DNA of 40,681 bases from a virus. A model generated the notes under the pieces. That model was not told the DNA's origin. It saw nothing but the letters and a program-made list of their open reading frames with translations, and searched no databases. How positions within the stretch are numbered: position 1 is the stretch's first letter; each line of letters starts with the position of its first letter. The position numbers were made by a program, and so were the translations under genes. The stretch spans positions 1 to 40,681 of the IMG/VR virus record IMGVR_UViG_3300019889_000005. One strand, written 5' to 3'. Shown here one piece after another: positions 25,077 to 34,592 of the stretch.

Positions 25077-27506
25077 TTATTTTTCAGCCGGAATACTACT
25101 TTCGCGTCTATAGTATCTTTGTACGCCATATGTTTGAAATTTTCCTTTCTTACTATTCAAATTCCAGCCTGGTGTATTTCTTAGCATATTATGGAGTCCT
25201 TTCGCGGTGGCCTGTGTCAAATCCCTCATGTTACCTCCTAGCGCTTCGCACCATATTTCAGCCACACATACCCTATTTCGTTTAAATACTCCTTCTTCTA
25301 ACAGTTCATCAGTTTGCAGCCACTGCCTGCGCTCAAACAGGCCCAGAGCATTCCAATCCTCAGGCAATAAGGTATCCAGATATCTCAGTATTGCCCCTGC
25401 ACGCTCGTCCTGCTCGGTGTGGTCTGCCTGCTCAACTTTTGCCTGACCTTCCATCTCGGCATCAAGATAAAGGGTCTCCCCCGCCTTGAATAACGAATAT
25501 GCTTCGGCCCATATCTGCGCTACAACCTCCGCAGTTAAATCGTCAAAAACACTTAATTGCGGTATCGTTGCATAAATATCAACCGGCCAGAATCTGCGGT
25601 TCCCTGTGGGATCGATCAAAAAGTCGCGATTGTTTGTGGTGCCAAAGAACACACATTGCCGTGGATATTTCTCCACCCGTCTGCCGTATGCTGGCCGGTA
25701 TTGATCCACCCGTTTAGCCACGAAGTGTTTCACTTGTTCTACTTCTGCTTTCCGCATACCGGCAAGCTCAGGCACTTCAATGATCCAGGCTCCGCGTAAT
25801 TGCTCAAACGCTTCCTTCCCTTGAACTGTGGAGAATGAGTCACTGAACCATTTACTGCCCATTATATCAAACAAGGTACTTTTAGCCTTTCCCTGCGCCC
25901 CCACAAGCGTAAGCATGTATTCAAACTTAATCCCCGGTTTAAATATCCTGGCCACAGCAGCTACAAATGCCTTCCTGGTAACTGTTCTGACATAATCAGT
26001 ATCTTCGGCACCCACATAGTCAACCAGGAGCGTTTCAAGCCTCTCAGTGCCATCCCAGACTGTCTTCATCACGTAATCCTGTATGGGGTGATAACCGGCA
26101 TCCAGGAATATCAGATTCAGACCGTCCATTATTTTTGGCGCGCTTACGATTCCATATATCCGTTCAAAGTAGTGCCGCAAGCCAGCATCGTCCTTATCAC
26201 TCAGGTGCTCAGGGCCGTTCTTTATTTTACGCCAGGGCAGGTTGCGCATCACCATTTCGCATTGCATGAACTTGTCATAGCCGAAACAACCCTTTAGATT
26301 TGGATCGTTTTTCAGAATCATCACAACATTATTGATAGTTGTGTAGTATCTGCCTTTCCTATCTACATCCAGTTTTGATAGCCATTCGGGGTCTTCTTCA
26401 CTGGCGTTGCCGTCTTCTGGCACTTCGATGCCATCAAAATCCTGTGAGGCGCTACGAAGGCGCTCAATACCAATTAGCTTTCTTACTTTCCCATCTTTGG
26501 CCGCCAAATCCTGCATGGCCAGATAGGAAGGTAGTTTGTTGATAGGTACCCGCTTATCGACCCCTTCATCATTTAGCCCAAATAGATGCAAACGTACCAG
26601 ATCGAAGGCATTACACAATTTACCGCTGGCAGGGTCAGTGCCGTGATGACTGAAAGCATATTTATCTTCATACACTATTAGTCCGGCTGCTGTGCTGCCC
26701 CCTGTAAAACTATAGCGGTTATCCATCCCGCACTCCTCATACTGCTCCTGCAGATATTTGCTGATTACTTCGCTGATACTATATGATCTACAGAACGTGC
26801 CTATTAGTCCGGGCTTATCCAGAGGATCGCCTTGCTTCTTGATCTCCCTGTTGGTAACATGATCTTCCCGATCACTAATAGGCCATTCACTACTATCCTT
26901 CCAGTTAAAGTAGGAGTCAAGCACGGCATCGGCGTCCAGCCATTCTCCGTCCTGGTGCTCAAATATGTACTGGCCGTCCTTAGCGGTACTCGGCCAGTAC
27001 ATAAGTCTTTCCGGCTGATATGTGGTGATATCGAAGAGCTCAATGCCCAGCATCCCGGCAATCCGGCGGGCAATAGCTATGTACTCATCACTATGCACTG
27101 GACGGGATAGTGGAATAATAAGCCTCAGACGGGGATTTTCAGGGCTGTGCTTGTGAGTGGTATATAGAGCAGCCGCGTTGTCATAAACAAGCGTAAAGGT
27201 GTCCCAGAACGCTTTATTTGCGAAATCAACATCCAGTGATATCAGTTGTTTGTGCAGGACACTTTTTTTATTACGGATACCAGAGGTAAGGTAACCGCCA
27301 ACAAATCCGCCAACATCTTTGATCTCATCCTGGCGGTCTTTTTTGGCACTTAAATATTCAGTATATTTCTCTGCTGTACGGTGAGTATGGGATAATTTAG
27401 CTAGTAGACCTGACCATTTGATTTGTTTGTTTTTCCACTTGGTCTCAGCACGGTGCTTACCAACCGCGATGTCTATTTCGCCGTCATAAAATATGTCAAT
27501 TGCCAT
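25077..27506 (-). CDS. Primase-helicase: an N-terminal AEP (PrimPol-like) primase domain plus a VirE / D5-like P-loop NTPase
   Basis: AEP-like motifs are ISLDVDF, TTHKHS and RLIIPL. The P-loop is GAQGKAKST. The VirE signature is VPELAGMRKAEVEQVKHFVAKRVDQYRPAYGRRVEKYPRQCVFFGTTNNRDFLIDPTGNRRFWPV. Confidence 0.85.
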   Translation of the reverse strand: MAIDIFYDGEIDIAVGKHRAETKWKNKQIKWSGLLAKLSHTHRTAEKYTEYLSAKKDRQDEIKDVGGFVGGYLTSGIRNKKSVLHKQLISLDVDFANKAFWDTFTLVYDNAAALYTTHKHSPENPRLRLIIPLSRPVHSDEYIAIARRIAGMLGIELFDITTYQPERLMYWPSTAKDGQYIFEHQDGEWLDADAVLDSYFNWKDSSEWPISDREDHVTNREIKKQGDPLDKPGLIGTFCRSYSISEVISKYLQEQYEECGMDNRYSFTGGSTAAGLIVYEDKYAFSHHGTDPASGKLCNAFDLVRLHLFGLNDEGVDKRVPINKLPSYLAMQDLAAKDGKVRKLIGIERLRSASQDFDGIEVPEDGNASEEDPEWLSKLDVDRKGRYYTTINNVVMILKNDPNLKGCFGYDKFMQCEMVMRNLPWRKIKNGPEHLSDKDDAGLRHYFERIYGIVSAPKIMDGLNLIFLDAGYHPIQDYVMKTVWDGTERLETLLVDYVGAEDTDYVRTVTRKAFVAAVARIFKPGIKFEYMLTLVGAQGKAKSTLFDIMGSKWFSDSFSTVQGKEAFEQLRGAWIIEVPELAGMRKAEVEQVKHFVAKRVDQYRPAYGRRVEKYPRQCVFFGTTNNRDFLIDPTGNRRFWPVDIYATIPQLSVFDDLTAEVVAQIWAEAYSLFKAGETLYLDAEMEGQAKVEQADHTEQDERAGAILRYLDTLLPEDWNALGLFERRQWLQTDELLEEGVFKRNRVCVAEIWCEALGGNMRDLTQATAKGLHNMLRNTPGWNLNSKKGKFQTYGVQRYYRRESSIPAEK

Positions 27507-27515
27507 GTCAGCAGT

Positions 27516-27758
27516 TTAGGGAAGTAATATAGTTATTTGTCCGGTTGTAATCTTAGTCCATTTGCCTAATTTTCTATCCCACCAAAGATTGTGCGTTGCA
27601 TAACCTTTACTTATAAAACAGGCCACAAACCAAGCTGCTTTTGTTTCAGGTTTTTTATCCCCGTAATATCTTCGCATAAAACAAAAAGCACCGGCTAATA
27701 TAGACCGGTACAATGTGTGCTTACCTTCTCTCGCTTGCTGGTAAGTGATTATTTTCAT
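27516..27758 (-). CDS. Hypothetical protein
   Basis: 80-aa ORF. Confidence 0.4.
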   Translation of the reverse strand: MKIITYQQAREGKHTLYRSILAGAFCFMRRYYGDKKPETKAAWFVACFISKGYATHNLWWDRKLGKWTKITTGQITILLP

Positions 27759-27775
27759 AATTAGTATTTTATTTG

Positions 27776-27995
27776 TTATCCATTATCTTTTTCAATAAAT
27801 GCACACCAATAGTCAGCGCCCTCTGGACTATCACCCCCATGAAAAGGCACCACTTAATGCTGTACTAATAGATAGACAATGTTTGGTCATTATAATAGGC
27901 GCAACGCCTAATGGATTCTGATTATTTGTATTATCTATTGCCTGTGTTTTATAAGGTTCCGGCAATCCGTCAAACCATTCTGATCGTTTTTTCAT
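27776..27995 (-). pseudogene. Small gene split by a 1-nt frame change in a G5 run (an assembly indel, a pseudogene or recoding)
   Basis: The ATG at 27995 opens a 54-aa ORF ending ...SGAFSWG-TGA at 27831. The sequence then continues as DSPEGADYWCAFIEKDNG-TAA in the +1 frame. The run ccccc at 27835..27839 is the junction. Confidence 0.4.
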
Positions 27996-28072
27996 AAACC
28001 CAATTTAGATAGATGTTCTCTGAATATATGCTGGCACTTGCCTTTATCATCTACAGATTGGTGTGCACTTTT

Positions 28073-28306
28073 TTATGATTCGTAGGAGGCTTGCATTTCT
28101 GTATTCCTATCACTAAGTAATACGCCAAGCACAGACAATAAAATATCATTTTGATTGTCCCAGGTAAATCGGGAAAGCAAAGCATATATTCTTTGTTCCG
28201 CCTGACCGACACCCATTTCTTCCTCAACCTCAATAGCTGATGGAACATTTTTACGTTTAGCTATCGAATTGCGCTTAGCTACAGCGGTTATCTTTAGTTT
28301 AGCCAT
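28073..28306 (-). CDS. Hypothetical protein
   Basis: 77-aa ORF. Confidence 0.4.
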   Translation of the reverse strand: MAKLKITAVAKRNSIAKRKNVPSAIEVEEEMGVGQAEQRIYALLSRFTWDNQNDILLSVLGVLLSDRNTEMQASYES

Positions 28307-28532
28307 TTTTATTATTTATTTTTAGTTTTCGTAATCTTTTTATTGAATTGGCAGCCTTTATCCAGCAACTAATAGTTGAAGTGTCCAACTCAAAACTATG
28401 CAGGTAACAAGCTATTCCTTTGCTATGCCTAGCATTCACTTCGAGTTTAAAATCGAATTGATATAATACATTAACTGGTTTCAAATCTTGTACTGTCAGA
28501 ATATGTAATTCCGGCTGATCCATCTCAGTCAT
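28299..28532 (-). CDS. Hypothetical protein
   Basis: I prefer the ATG at 28532 (MTEMDQ...), which gives an 8-nt overlap with the polymerase stop. The track start at 28571 lies inside the polymerase gene. Confidence 0.4.
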   Translation of the reverse strand: MTEMDQPELHILTVQDLKPVNVLYQFDFKLEVNARHSKGIACYLHSFELDTSTISCWIKAANSIKRLRKLKINNKNG

Positions 28533-30459
28533 CTTTTTTATAGTAATCCGATTCAAAACTCGCAGCAGCAAGTGGCAAACCTAAAGCCCAGCTAATTGGT
28601 TTACCCATTATCCCGTTTACCTCATCTATAGAGCCAACACCTTTAAGCATATCCAGTATTATTTCGTCATGTACATGCATAACGATGTTATACCCGGCCC
28701 GGTGTAATCTGAGCATTGAGTGGGCCAATATGTCTCGTCCAATGGCCTGCACAATATTCTCTACTAGTTTGCCGCCATAAGTCTCTATTGTGACCCATTT
28801 CTTTGAAAACTGATCTGTTCCTTCGTACACAATCACACCATCAGCAATCCGGGTATTATGATAACATAAAGGCCTTCCACTAGGAAGCTCTATAAAAAGA
28901 ACTTTTTTGCGCATATAGAACTTGATGTTTCCGTGCCGTGTAGTGCTTCCGGTTTCTATAGCATCATAGCATTTCTCATGTATGTCTTTCCACAACTGTA
29001 CTATTTTCGGATTATTCCTGCGCCATGCCGAGACTATTTTGGGTAAATCTTTCTCTCGCAATGGATTCTTGCCTTTTAGTGCGCCCATTCTTATAAGTGC
29101 ACCGACAGCACCTTGGAAACCTAGCGAAAGTTCGGCTACTTTACCTTTGGCCCTGTCTGCACTGGTTATTTTGTCCAGCGGTATGTTGAACATTTTGGAA
29201 GCGGAAGCCTCATATATTTTTCCATGTGTCCTGAATACTTCCAGCCGCCATTTCTCTCCGGCCAGCCATGCGATTATTCTCGCCTCTATCTGAGAACAAT
29301 CCGGTATGATAAACCTATGTCCAAGCGATGGTATAAAAGCAGTACGGGTTAATTGGGATAATGTATCAGATAAACTGCCAAACAACAGATGTATATCTTC
29401 AGTTCTTTTAGCTTTTACAAGATCGCGGGCCAGCCTAAGGTCTTTCAACTTATTCTTTACCATGTTGTGCGGCTGTACTCCTCTTCCCGCCCAACGCCCT
29501 GTTCTTCCAGCACCGTAGAACATGTGCATGCCTCTGATCCTATCGTCTTCACATATATATCTGTCCATGGCGGAATACTTCGATATAGATGTCTTGGCAA
29601 GCTCCTGTCTGATCTTAAGCAATTTGAGCACATCAGCATTGTCGCATTGCTTTATAACTGTAGGTAGTACTTCTTTATTCAGCGATTTCACCGTAACACC
29701 CGTCTTCTCTTTTATCCATTTTTTTATCTGGTCGGGACTATTAGGATTATCAAGGCCAGTTAATTTTTTGGCCACATCCTGCAATATGGCGGTATTCGTA
29801 AAATCAAGTTCAATAGCATTTGCGATCAACAATTTATCTGCTCTAGTGCCTCTGCTATTTATGATGTGATCCAGAACGTAATATTTTTTCTCCTGTTCTG
29901 GCATTTTAAAGGACTCGGCATATTTGTAGATAAGCTTTTCCACTTCAACATCCCGGATACAATATTGTTTAAAAGCAGTCCACTTTTTCGGGTTATGTTT
30001 GGGAAGATTTCTATTGCGGAAACCGTTCGCTGCTGTAGGCTTACAGGGCTTGCAGAAGTATTGTATCAAGGCTTTGCCTGCACTATCTTTCATAAGAGGC
30101 AGTTTAAGCACTTGACCTACCTTGTCCAGACTTAGAGGGAGTCCTAACATAGCTGCCAGGGTCAAAGTACACTGCCAGGATTCGATATTTGTTTCATAGC
30201 CTGCTGTTGTTAGACAGGGAAATTCAAAAGAGGCACCGTGGGCGATTTTAAGAACAGCTTGGTCGGCCATCATCGCTATTATATTATCTGGTATTGATTC
30301 TCCGTTTACCAGATCAATAATTCTCACGGGGCCGCTATCGATAGAATAGGCGAATAGCATTATTTCGAAATCCAAGGCCTGCACGTGTCTGTACACTCCA
30401 CCCAGCGTCACGTCTTCGCTACTGTATGTTTCTATATCTATTTCAAGGGTGGGGGCCAT
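28525..30459 (-). CDS. Family A DNA polymerase with a 3'-5' exonuclease domain
   Basis: Exo I is LEIDIETYS. Pol motif A is IIPDCSQIEARIIAWLAGE, motif B is RAKGKVAELSLGFQGAVGAL and motif C is VMHVHDEIILD. Confidence 0.9.
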   Translation of the reverse strand: MAPTLEIDIETYSSEDVTLGGVYRHVQALDFEIMLFAYSIDSGPVRIIDLVNGESIPDNIIAMMADQAVLKIAHGASFEFPCLTTAGYETNIESWQCTLTLAAMLGLPLSLDKVGQVLKLPLMKDSAGKALIQYFCKPCKPTAANGFRNRNLPKHNPKKWTAFKQYCIRDVEVEKLIYKYAESFKMPEQEKKYYVLDHIINSRGTRADKLLIANAIELDFTNTAILQDVAKKLTGLDNPNSPDQIKKWIKEKTGVTVKSLNKEVLPTVIKQCDNADVLKLLKIRQELAKTSISKYSAMDRYICEDDRIRGMHMFYGAGRTGRWAGRGVQPHNMVKNKLKDLRLARDLVKAKRTEDIHLLFGSLSDTLSQLTRTAFIPSLGHRFIIPDCSQIEARIIAWLAGEKWRLEVFRTHGKIYEASASKMFNIPLDKITSADRAKGKVAELSLGFQGAVGALIRMGALKGKNPLREKDLPKIVSAWRRNNPKIVQLWKDIHEKCYDAIETGSTTRHGNIKFYMRKKVLFIELPSGRPLCYHNTRIADGVIVYEGTDQFSKKWVTIETYGGKLVENIVQAIGRDILAHSMLRLHRAGYNIVMHVHDEIILDMLKGVGSIDEVNGIMGKPISWALGLPLAAASFESDYYKKDD

Positions 30460-30890
30460 TTAATTTTTTTTGAAAAGCCTATTTTATTATCGCTTCCATC
30501 TACGAAAGCGCTAAGAGGTAAGGTTACAAAACCCTTGTAACCTTTTATATTTCTCCCAGCACTTATTGTAGGCTTGTCACTCATCCTAAAGAAAACGGTA
30601 GTTGATATCATATCATCTTCGGATATCCACAGATGGATATCGATTTGTTGTTCTTCCATGTATAGCTCTTTGTCTGATTTAGTCAAAGAAGTACAATGGC
30701 CAGCTAAATCGTATTGGCGAATATATTCATAGCTGTTTCCATCTCCATTTTCAGCTACATTGAAAGTGTCAAATATAGCTATGACGGGCGCATCGGGATT
30801 ATCAATGAAATAAAAACGTTTTACTTTGTTGCCTTGATTACTAACAACGTTTTTACCTGCTTTTGCATCATCTATATTGAAAGGTATCAT
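30438..30890 (-). CDS. Hypothetical protein
   Basis: 150-aa ORF. Confidence 0.45.
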   Translation of the reverse strand: MIPFNIDDAKAGKNVVSNQGNKVKRFYFIDNPDAPVIAIFDTFNVAENGDGNSYEYIRQYDLAGHCTSLTKSDKELYMEEQQIDIHLWISEDDMISTTVFFRMSDKPTISAGRNIKGYKGFVTLPLSAFVDGSDNKIGFSKKIKWPPPLK

Positions 30891-31072
30891 CTTCGTATAT
30901 GTTTAACTTCGTTTTTCAATGCGTGTATGTTATCCAGAATATACTGTTTAAGTTCCACATGATCACAGCCCAGATTATAAATAATAAGCAGATACATGCC
31001 TGGAACATCTATTAGCTTTTTACCTTTATAACGCCCAAAGGGCATAAGGCTGTGATCATGTAGCATATTCAA
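30887..31072 (-). CDS. DUF3820-like small protein
   Basis: MPFGRYKGKKLIDVPGMYLL matches the MPFGKYKG..L.D.P..YL signature. Confidence 0.6.
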   Translation of the reverse strand: MNMLHDHSLMPFGRYKGKKLIDVPGMYLLIIYNLGCDHVELKQYILDNIHALKNEVKHIRR

Positions 31073-31077
31073 AGGAT

Positions 31078-31689
31078 TTAAAAAGGTATTTCGTCATCAT
31101 CTCCGAAATCGAAGTCTTCATAATCTTCTTCGGGCACTTCCACTTCTTCAAAATCGTCCTCTGCACTGGCTCCGCCACTAAGTGGGAGGCCATCCTTCAC
31201 AAATAATATATTATTTAGGCCACAAGCGACACCTTTATTTCCATCGACATTGAATGGGTAGAAATTAATGCTTGCTATAACCCAGCAACCGGCATATACT
31301 TCGTCTTCATCGGTAATATGCACAGTTTTACCGCCCTTCTTTTTAACGATACCTGGTTTATTGGATGATGAAGCATTAACAAAATAGCAATTTTCATATG
31401 CTGCATCGTCCCTTTCTTCATCGCCATCACGCAAAGGTTCTTTTAGCGGTTTTGGTATTTTGCCATTCCATTTTGATCCCTTACCTTCTTCTTTTGCAGC
31501 AGCAACGGCATTTTTAATTGCGATGATAGTCTTCTTCTCTGATTTAGGGATTATGAGAGAAGCAGAATATTTTTTATCTTTCTCCTTGTCTTTATTTTTA
31601 CCGTTAGATGCCGATTTTGGTTCCCAAATAGCAGGATAACTGAGCCGGACAATACCGGTAATTACTTTAGTGGCAGAATTATCGCCCAT
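31078..31689 (-). CDS. Single-stranded DNA-binding protein, DUF2815 family
   Basis: Motifs: VITGIVRLSYPAIWEPK...FYPFNVDGNKGVACGLNNILFVKDG. The acidic C-terminal tip is DFDFGDDDEIPF, like the DDDIPF tail of SSBs. Confidence 0.8.
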   Translation of the reverse strand: MGDNSATKVITGIVRLSYPAIWEPKSASNGKNKDKEKDKKYSASLIIPKSEKKTIIAIKNAVAAAKEEGKGSKWNGKIPKPLKEPLRDGDEERDDAAYENCYFVNASSSNKPGIVKKKGGKTVHITDEDEVYAGCWVIASINFYPFNVDGNKGVACGLNNILFVKDGLPLSGGASAEDDFEEVEVPEEDYEDFDFGDDDEIPF

Positions 31690-31707
31690 TTTTATTTGAT
31701 TTTATTG

Positions 31708-32928
31708 TTAAAAAATATCGGAGTAGTCGGTATCAATATAAGCATCCGTATCGACATCGGCAAAATCATCTTCAGGATTATTGTGGCTCTGCCACTCAGG
31801 ACGCTTATCTTCTTCGTCCACAAGTGTAGGTTTGCCAGGAGGTTTTGTTATGAGGCCTTCCAGAGCACTATCAAAATATTTCTTACCGAGCAGTGCCTGC
31901 ATTTCGGTAATACCTAGTATTTTCTTATTATAGATTTGATCGTCATTAAACCCTTGCTTGTTCAATGCCTCCTTTACTGCTTTTTCGCTTGAATAAGCCC
32001 GGTTACTACGCCCTTCGACCAACTTTAGACCAGGCCATTTCCTGCGGCCTTCTACGGCCTCTTTAAGGGCAAAATCGCAGACAGCATTCAACCAGTTAAC
32101 AAATTGGTCTGCCCGGTTCATGATATCCGCTATTTCATGATCGCTCAGTAGAAGTGCCTGTTGGAATTCATATTCAGCCAGTTCCAGATTATATTGAGCA
32201 TTGGCAGCGCATTGGGCCTTGACTCCGCAAAATCTGCAATGCGCTCCCGCTTTGAATTCACCACCCCCTTCAAAAGCAAGTTTAGCACCAGGAACTAGCA
32301 CTTCAGAAGTCCACTTCTTCAAATCTTCAGCACTGATTGACCACTCACTGATGTTGTCCAAACGCGGCTGATAGATAACAAGCTCTATCACTTCAATACT
32401 ATCGTCCCACATGGCCATTTCATCCAGTATACCAGAGGCATAGGTCTTTAGCTGAGTATTGTTTACAGCACTGATTGGAACGCCCATTCCGTATTTCAGG
32501 TCTATTATTTTAATCTTCTTCCGGGTTATGATTTCTGTATCTAGTCTACCGAATCCTTCAGGAACTATGGCAGAGAGATCGACCGGCGTTTCTATCTCTA
32601 GCCTTGCGCTTTTATCTTGCGCTCTCTCAGCATTATAGGATTCTATGACATAGCTGGCGTAGTCATAACAATAGCTGAACATGATAGGTTTGTACAGCTC
32701 ATGATGCTGGATGCGCTCCAACATTTTGACATATTGGAGCGCGTTAGTCCAGCCTAACATGTCCCTGATAATCCCTTCCGCAAGTTCATGGGCGAGCGTA
32801 CCTTCATCGGCAAACGTGCTGGTGGTTTTTACTACTGAATCTTCCAACCTGGCGGATGGCGGACAATTTAACCACTTATTAGCTGACGATGGGGCAAGTA
32901 ATGCGTGTTTAGCAGAAGGGATAGACAT
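31708..32928 (-). CDS. DUF2800-family PD-(D/E)xK (Cas4-like) exonuclease
   Basis: The N-terminus reads HALLAPSSANKWLNCPPS, followed by IIDLKYG and a C-terminal Cys cluster CRFCGVKAQC. Confidence 0.8.
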   Translation of the reverse strand: MSIPSAKHALLAPSSANKWLNCPPSARLEDSVVKTTSTFADEGTLAHELAEGIIRDMLGWTNALQYVKMLERIQHHELYKPIMFSYCYDYASYVIESYNAERAQDKSARLEIETPVDLSAIVPEGFGRLDTEIITRKKIKIIDLKYGMGVPISAVNNTQLKTYASGILDEMAMWDDSIEVIELVIYQPRLDNISEWSISAEDLKKWTSEVLVPGAKLAFEGGGEFKAGAHCRFCGVKAQCAANAQYNLELAEYEFQQALLLSDHEIADIMNRADQFVNWLNAVCDFALKEAVEGRRKWPGLKLVEGRSNRAYSSEKAVKEALNKQGFNDDQIYNKKILGITEMQALLGKKYFDSALEGLITKPPGKPTLVDEEDKRPEWQSHNNPEDDFADVDTDAYIDTDYSDIF

Positions 32929-32957
32929 GTGCTTGTTGATTGATTTTAATGGCGTGC

Positions 32958-33320
32958 TTAGATAGCGGCTAATTTTTCAGAGAACTTTTCGTAGTGTTCT
33001 TCTTTGAGATTAGCCAGAGAGGTAGCTTTGGCTTTTGCCAGTAGCGCCTTGATGGCGATTTTGTTTTTTGGATTTTTCATCTTCTCAGCCATAAGTTCGC
33101 GAAGGCTTTCCAGGGTCACACCTTCTTCTGCTGCTGTTTCGAATTCATCATCATCCGCAGAAGCTTCTTCCAGGTCTTCATCAGCCGGTGCGGTAGCTCC
33201 TTTGCCTTTGCCGCGTCCTTTGTTTTTAGCGCCTTCCGCGTCATCCTGGATACCCAGGAAGGTATTAAAGTCTGTTTTTAATTCGGCCAGGGTATTTACC
33301 TGGAATGATACTGTCACCAT
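32958..33320 (-). CDS. Hypothetical protein with an acidic centre
   Basis: 120-aa ORF, the first gene of the replication module. Confidence 0.45.
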   Translation of the reverse strand: MVTVSFQVNTLAELKTDFNTFLGIQDDAEGAKNKGRGKGKGATAPADEDLEEASADDDEFETAAEEGVTLESLRELMAEKMKNPKNKIAIKALLAKAKATSLANLKEEHYEKFSEKLAAI

Positions 33321-33357
33321 AATTGTTTTTTGTTTATTGAATAAATGAATGGGTAAA

Positions 33358-33573
33358 CTATTTTGTCATTTTATTGCTGTCCAGAAGGGCTTTATATAGC
33401 GCCAGATCGGCCATAAATGCGTTGTAGTTATTGATAGGCAAAGCAGATATGTTCGCAGCACAATATTTATTTAATATCACTCTCAGCGCCTTTCTTATAT
33501 CGCCACGATCACCCGATGCCAATATTTCTATTGCTACCTGTCTCAAGTCTTCTATAGTATATACTTTTTCCAC
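33358..33573 (-). CDS. Hypothetical protein
   Basis: 71-aa ORF. Confidence 0.4.
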   Translation of the reverse strand: MEKVYTIEDLRQVAIEILASGDRGDIRKALRVILNKYCAANISALPINNYNAFMADLALYKALLDSNKMTK

Positions 33574-33594
33574 AGTTTTAAATTTAAGAGGTCG

Positions 33595-33628
33595 AAAAAC
33601 TAGGCCCAGATAAAAATCCGGGCCTTTT
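33595..33628 (-). terminator. Hairpin with a T-run; candidate intrinsic terminator
   Basis: AGGCCC (33602..33607) pairs with GGGCCT (33620..33625) across a 12-nt loop. The minus strand continues AGTTTTTCG. Confidence 0.5.
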
Positions 33629-33664
33629 ACAATCCCAATAAAACATACATATACATGAAATCTT

Positions 33665-33889
33665 CTACAATTCTGAAGAGATTACTAGCTTTTGCACCTT
33701 GGTGTCCAATTTCTTTATGGCAAGTATCAAATTGCCAATTTCTTTTTTACTCAGCATACGTACTCTGCCCGGTCTGTATTCGTGCTTGTTCACGGCCTGT
33801 ATTAGCTTCATTGGTTTTATGTCAGCAGACCTAGCAAGAGCAGAAATATTAACTTCTTTGATACCTTTCAACTTATATATAAAATCCAT
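33665..33889 (-). CDS. Small helix-turn-helix DNA-binding protein (putative)
   Basis: NISALARSADIKPMKLIQAVN fits an HTH pattern. 74 aa. Confidence 0.4.
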   Translation of the reverse strand: MDFIYKLKGIKEVNISALARSADIKPMKLIQAVNKHEYRPGRVRMLSKKEIGNLILAIKKLDTKVQKLVISSEL

Positions 33890-33898
33890 TATGGAAAG

Positions 33899-34408
33899 TT
33901 ATTTGTCACAATTGTGTCTATGGCTTTTAGCTATTATTAACCGGTCAGTGTCAGACAGAAATTCATCGTCTATAGGTTTTAGGTCGTTAATCGTCACTAC
34001 TACCTTTCCTTTCTCATCGGCATCAGAGAACATAATTCCAAGATCATTTGCACGCAAGTATTTATCGGCATCGCGGCAGTGTAAATATTTTATATCTTCT
34101 GGAATAGTACTTCCTTTAAATACATAGCCTGTGACTTTTATTGTATCAGTTGCTGTTTCTTGATAGGGCCGTAATGTTTCGACTACCTCTTGAAGATTAT
34201 TCCTGATCCCATAAAAGCCCACCGGCTTCGGTTCAGGCATCTTGATCAGCATTCCTATCGCGCCAATCGCAGCGCTGCAAGGGATACCTATAAGAGCAGG
34301 AATGGCGTCCTGGGTAATATAAGCAGTAATGATGGATAGTGCCGCACTTATAATGGCCGTAGCGATGAGTAGAGTCTTGTAACTGTTTTTAAGTTTTAGT
34401 ATGCTCAT
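33899..34408 (-). CDS. Membrane protein with two N-terminal TM helices and a soluble C-terminal domain
   Basis: The TM segments are LLIATAIISAALSIITAYI and ALIGIPCSAAIGAIGMLI. Confidence 0.5.
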   Translation of the reverse strand: MSILKLKNSYKTLLIATAIISAALSIITAYITQDAIPALIGIPCSAAIGAIGMLIKMPEPKPVGFYGIRNNLQEVVETLRPYQETATDTIKVTGYVFKGSTIPEDIKYLHCRDADKYLRANDLGIMFSDADEKGKVVVTINDLKPIDDEFLSDTDRLIIAKSHRHNCDK

Positions 34409-34435
34409 GGTATAATGTGTTTTAAAAGGTGAAAT

Positions 34436-34474
34436 AAAGGCCCATCATGTTTATAAAACCTCTCCGGGGCCTTT
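34436..34474 (-). other. 8-bp stem hairpin in the leader of gene 33899..34408
   Basis: AAAGGCCC (34436..34443) pairs with GGGCCTTT (34467..34474) across a 23-nt loop. Confidence 0.5.
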
Positions 34475-34526
34475 ATACTTGTCGCTTTTGAGTGATGATG
34501 TAAATGTAGTAAGTTATTTCGGAGAA

Positions 34527-34550
34527 AGCAAATATTTATCCTACTATATT
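34527..34550. repeat. Intergenic motif, copy A: AGCAAATATTTATCCTACTATATT
   Basis: Near-identical to copy B at 38951..38975. Both lie in gaps upstream of minus-strand gene blocks. Confidence 0.6.
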
Positions 34551-34592
34551 ATCGCAGCAAGGTTGCATATCTATATAACCGGCAGCAACTTC

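Noticed and set aside
28051-28248. ORF 28051..28248 (-, 65 aa)
   Set aside because: It overlaps 28073..28306 almost completely in another frame. The latter has a cleaner start and a more protein-like sequence.
32958-33320. The acidic 120-aa protein as a DNA mimic or anti-restriction (Ocr-like) protein
   Set aside because: The acidity is confined to a stretch of about 35 aa flanked by Lys-rich helices. There is no basis beyond composition.
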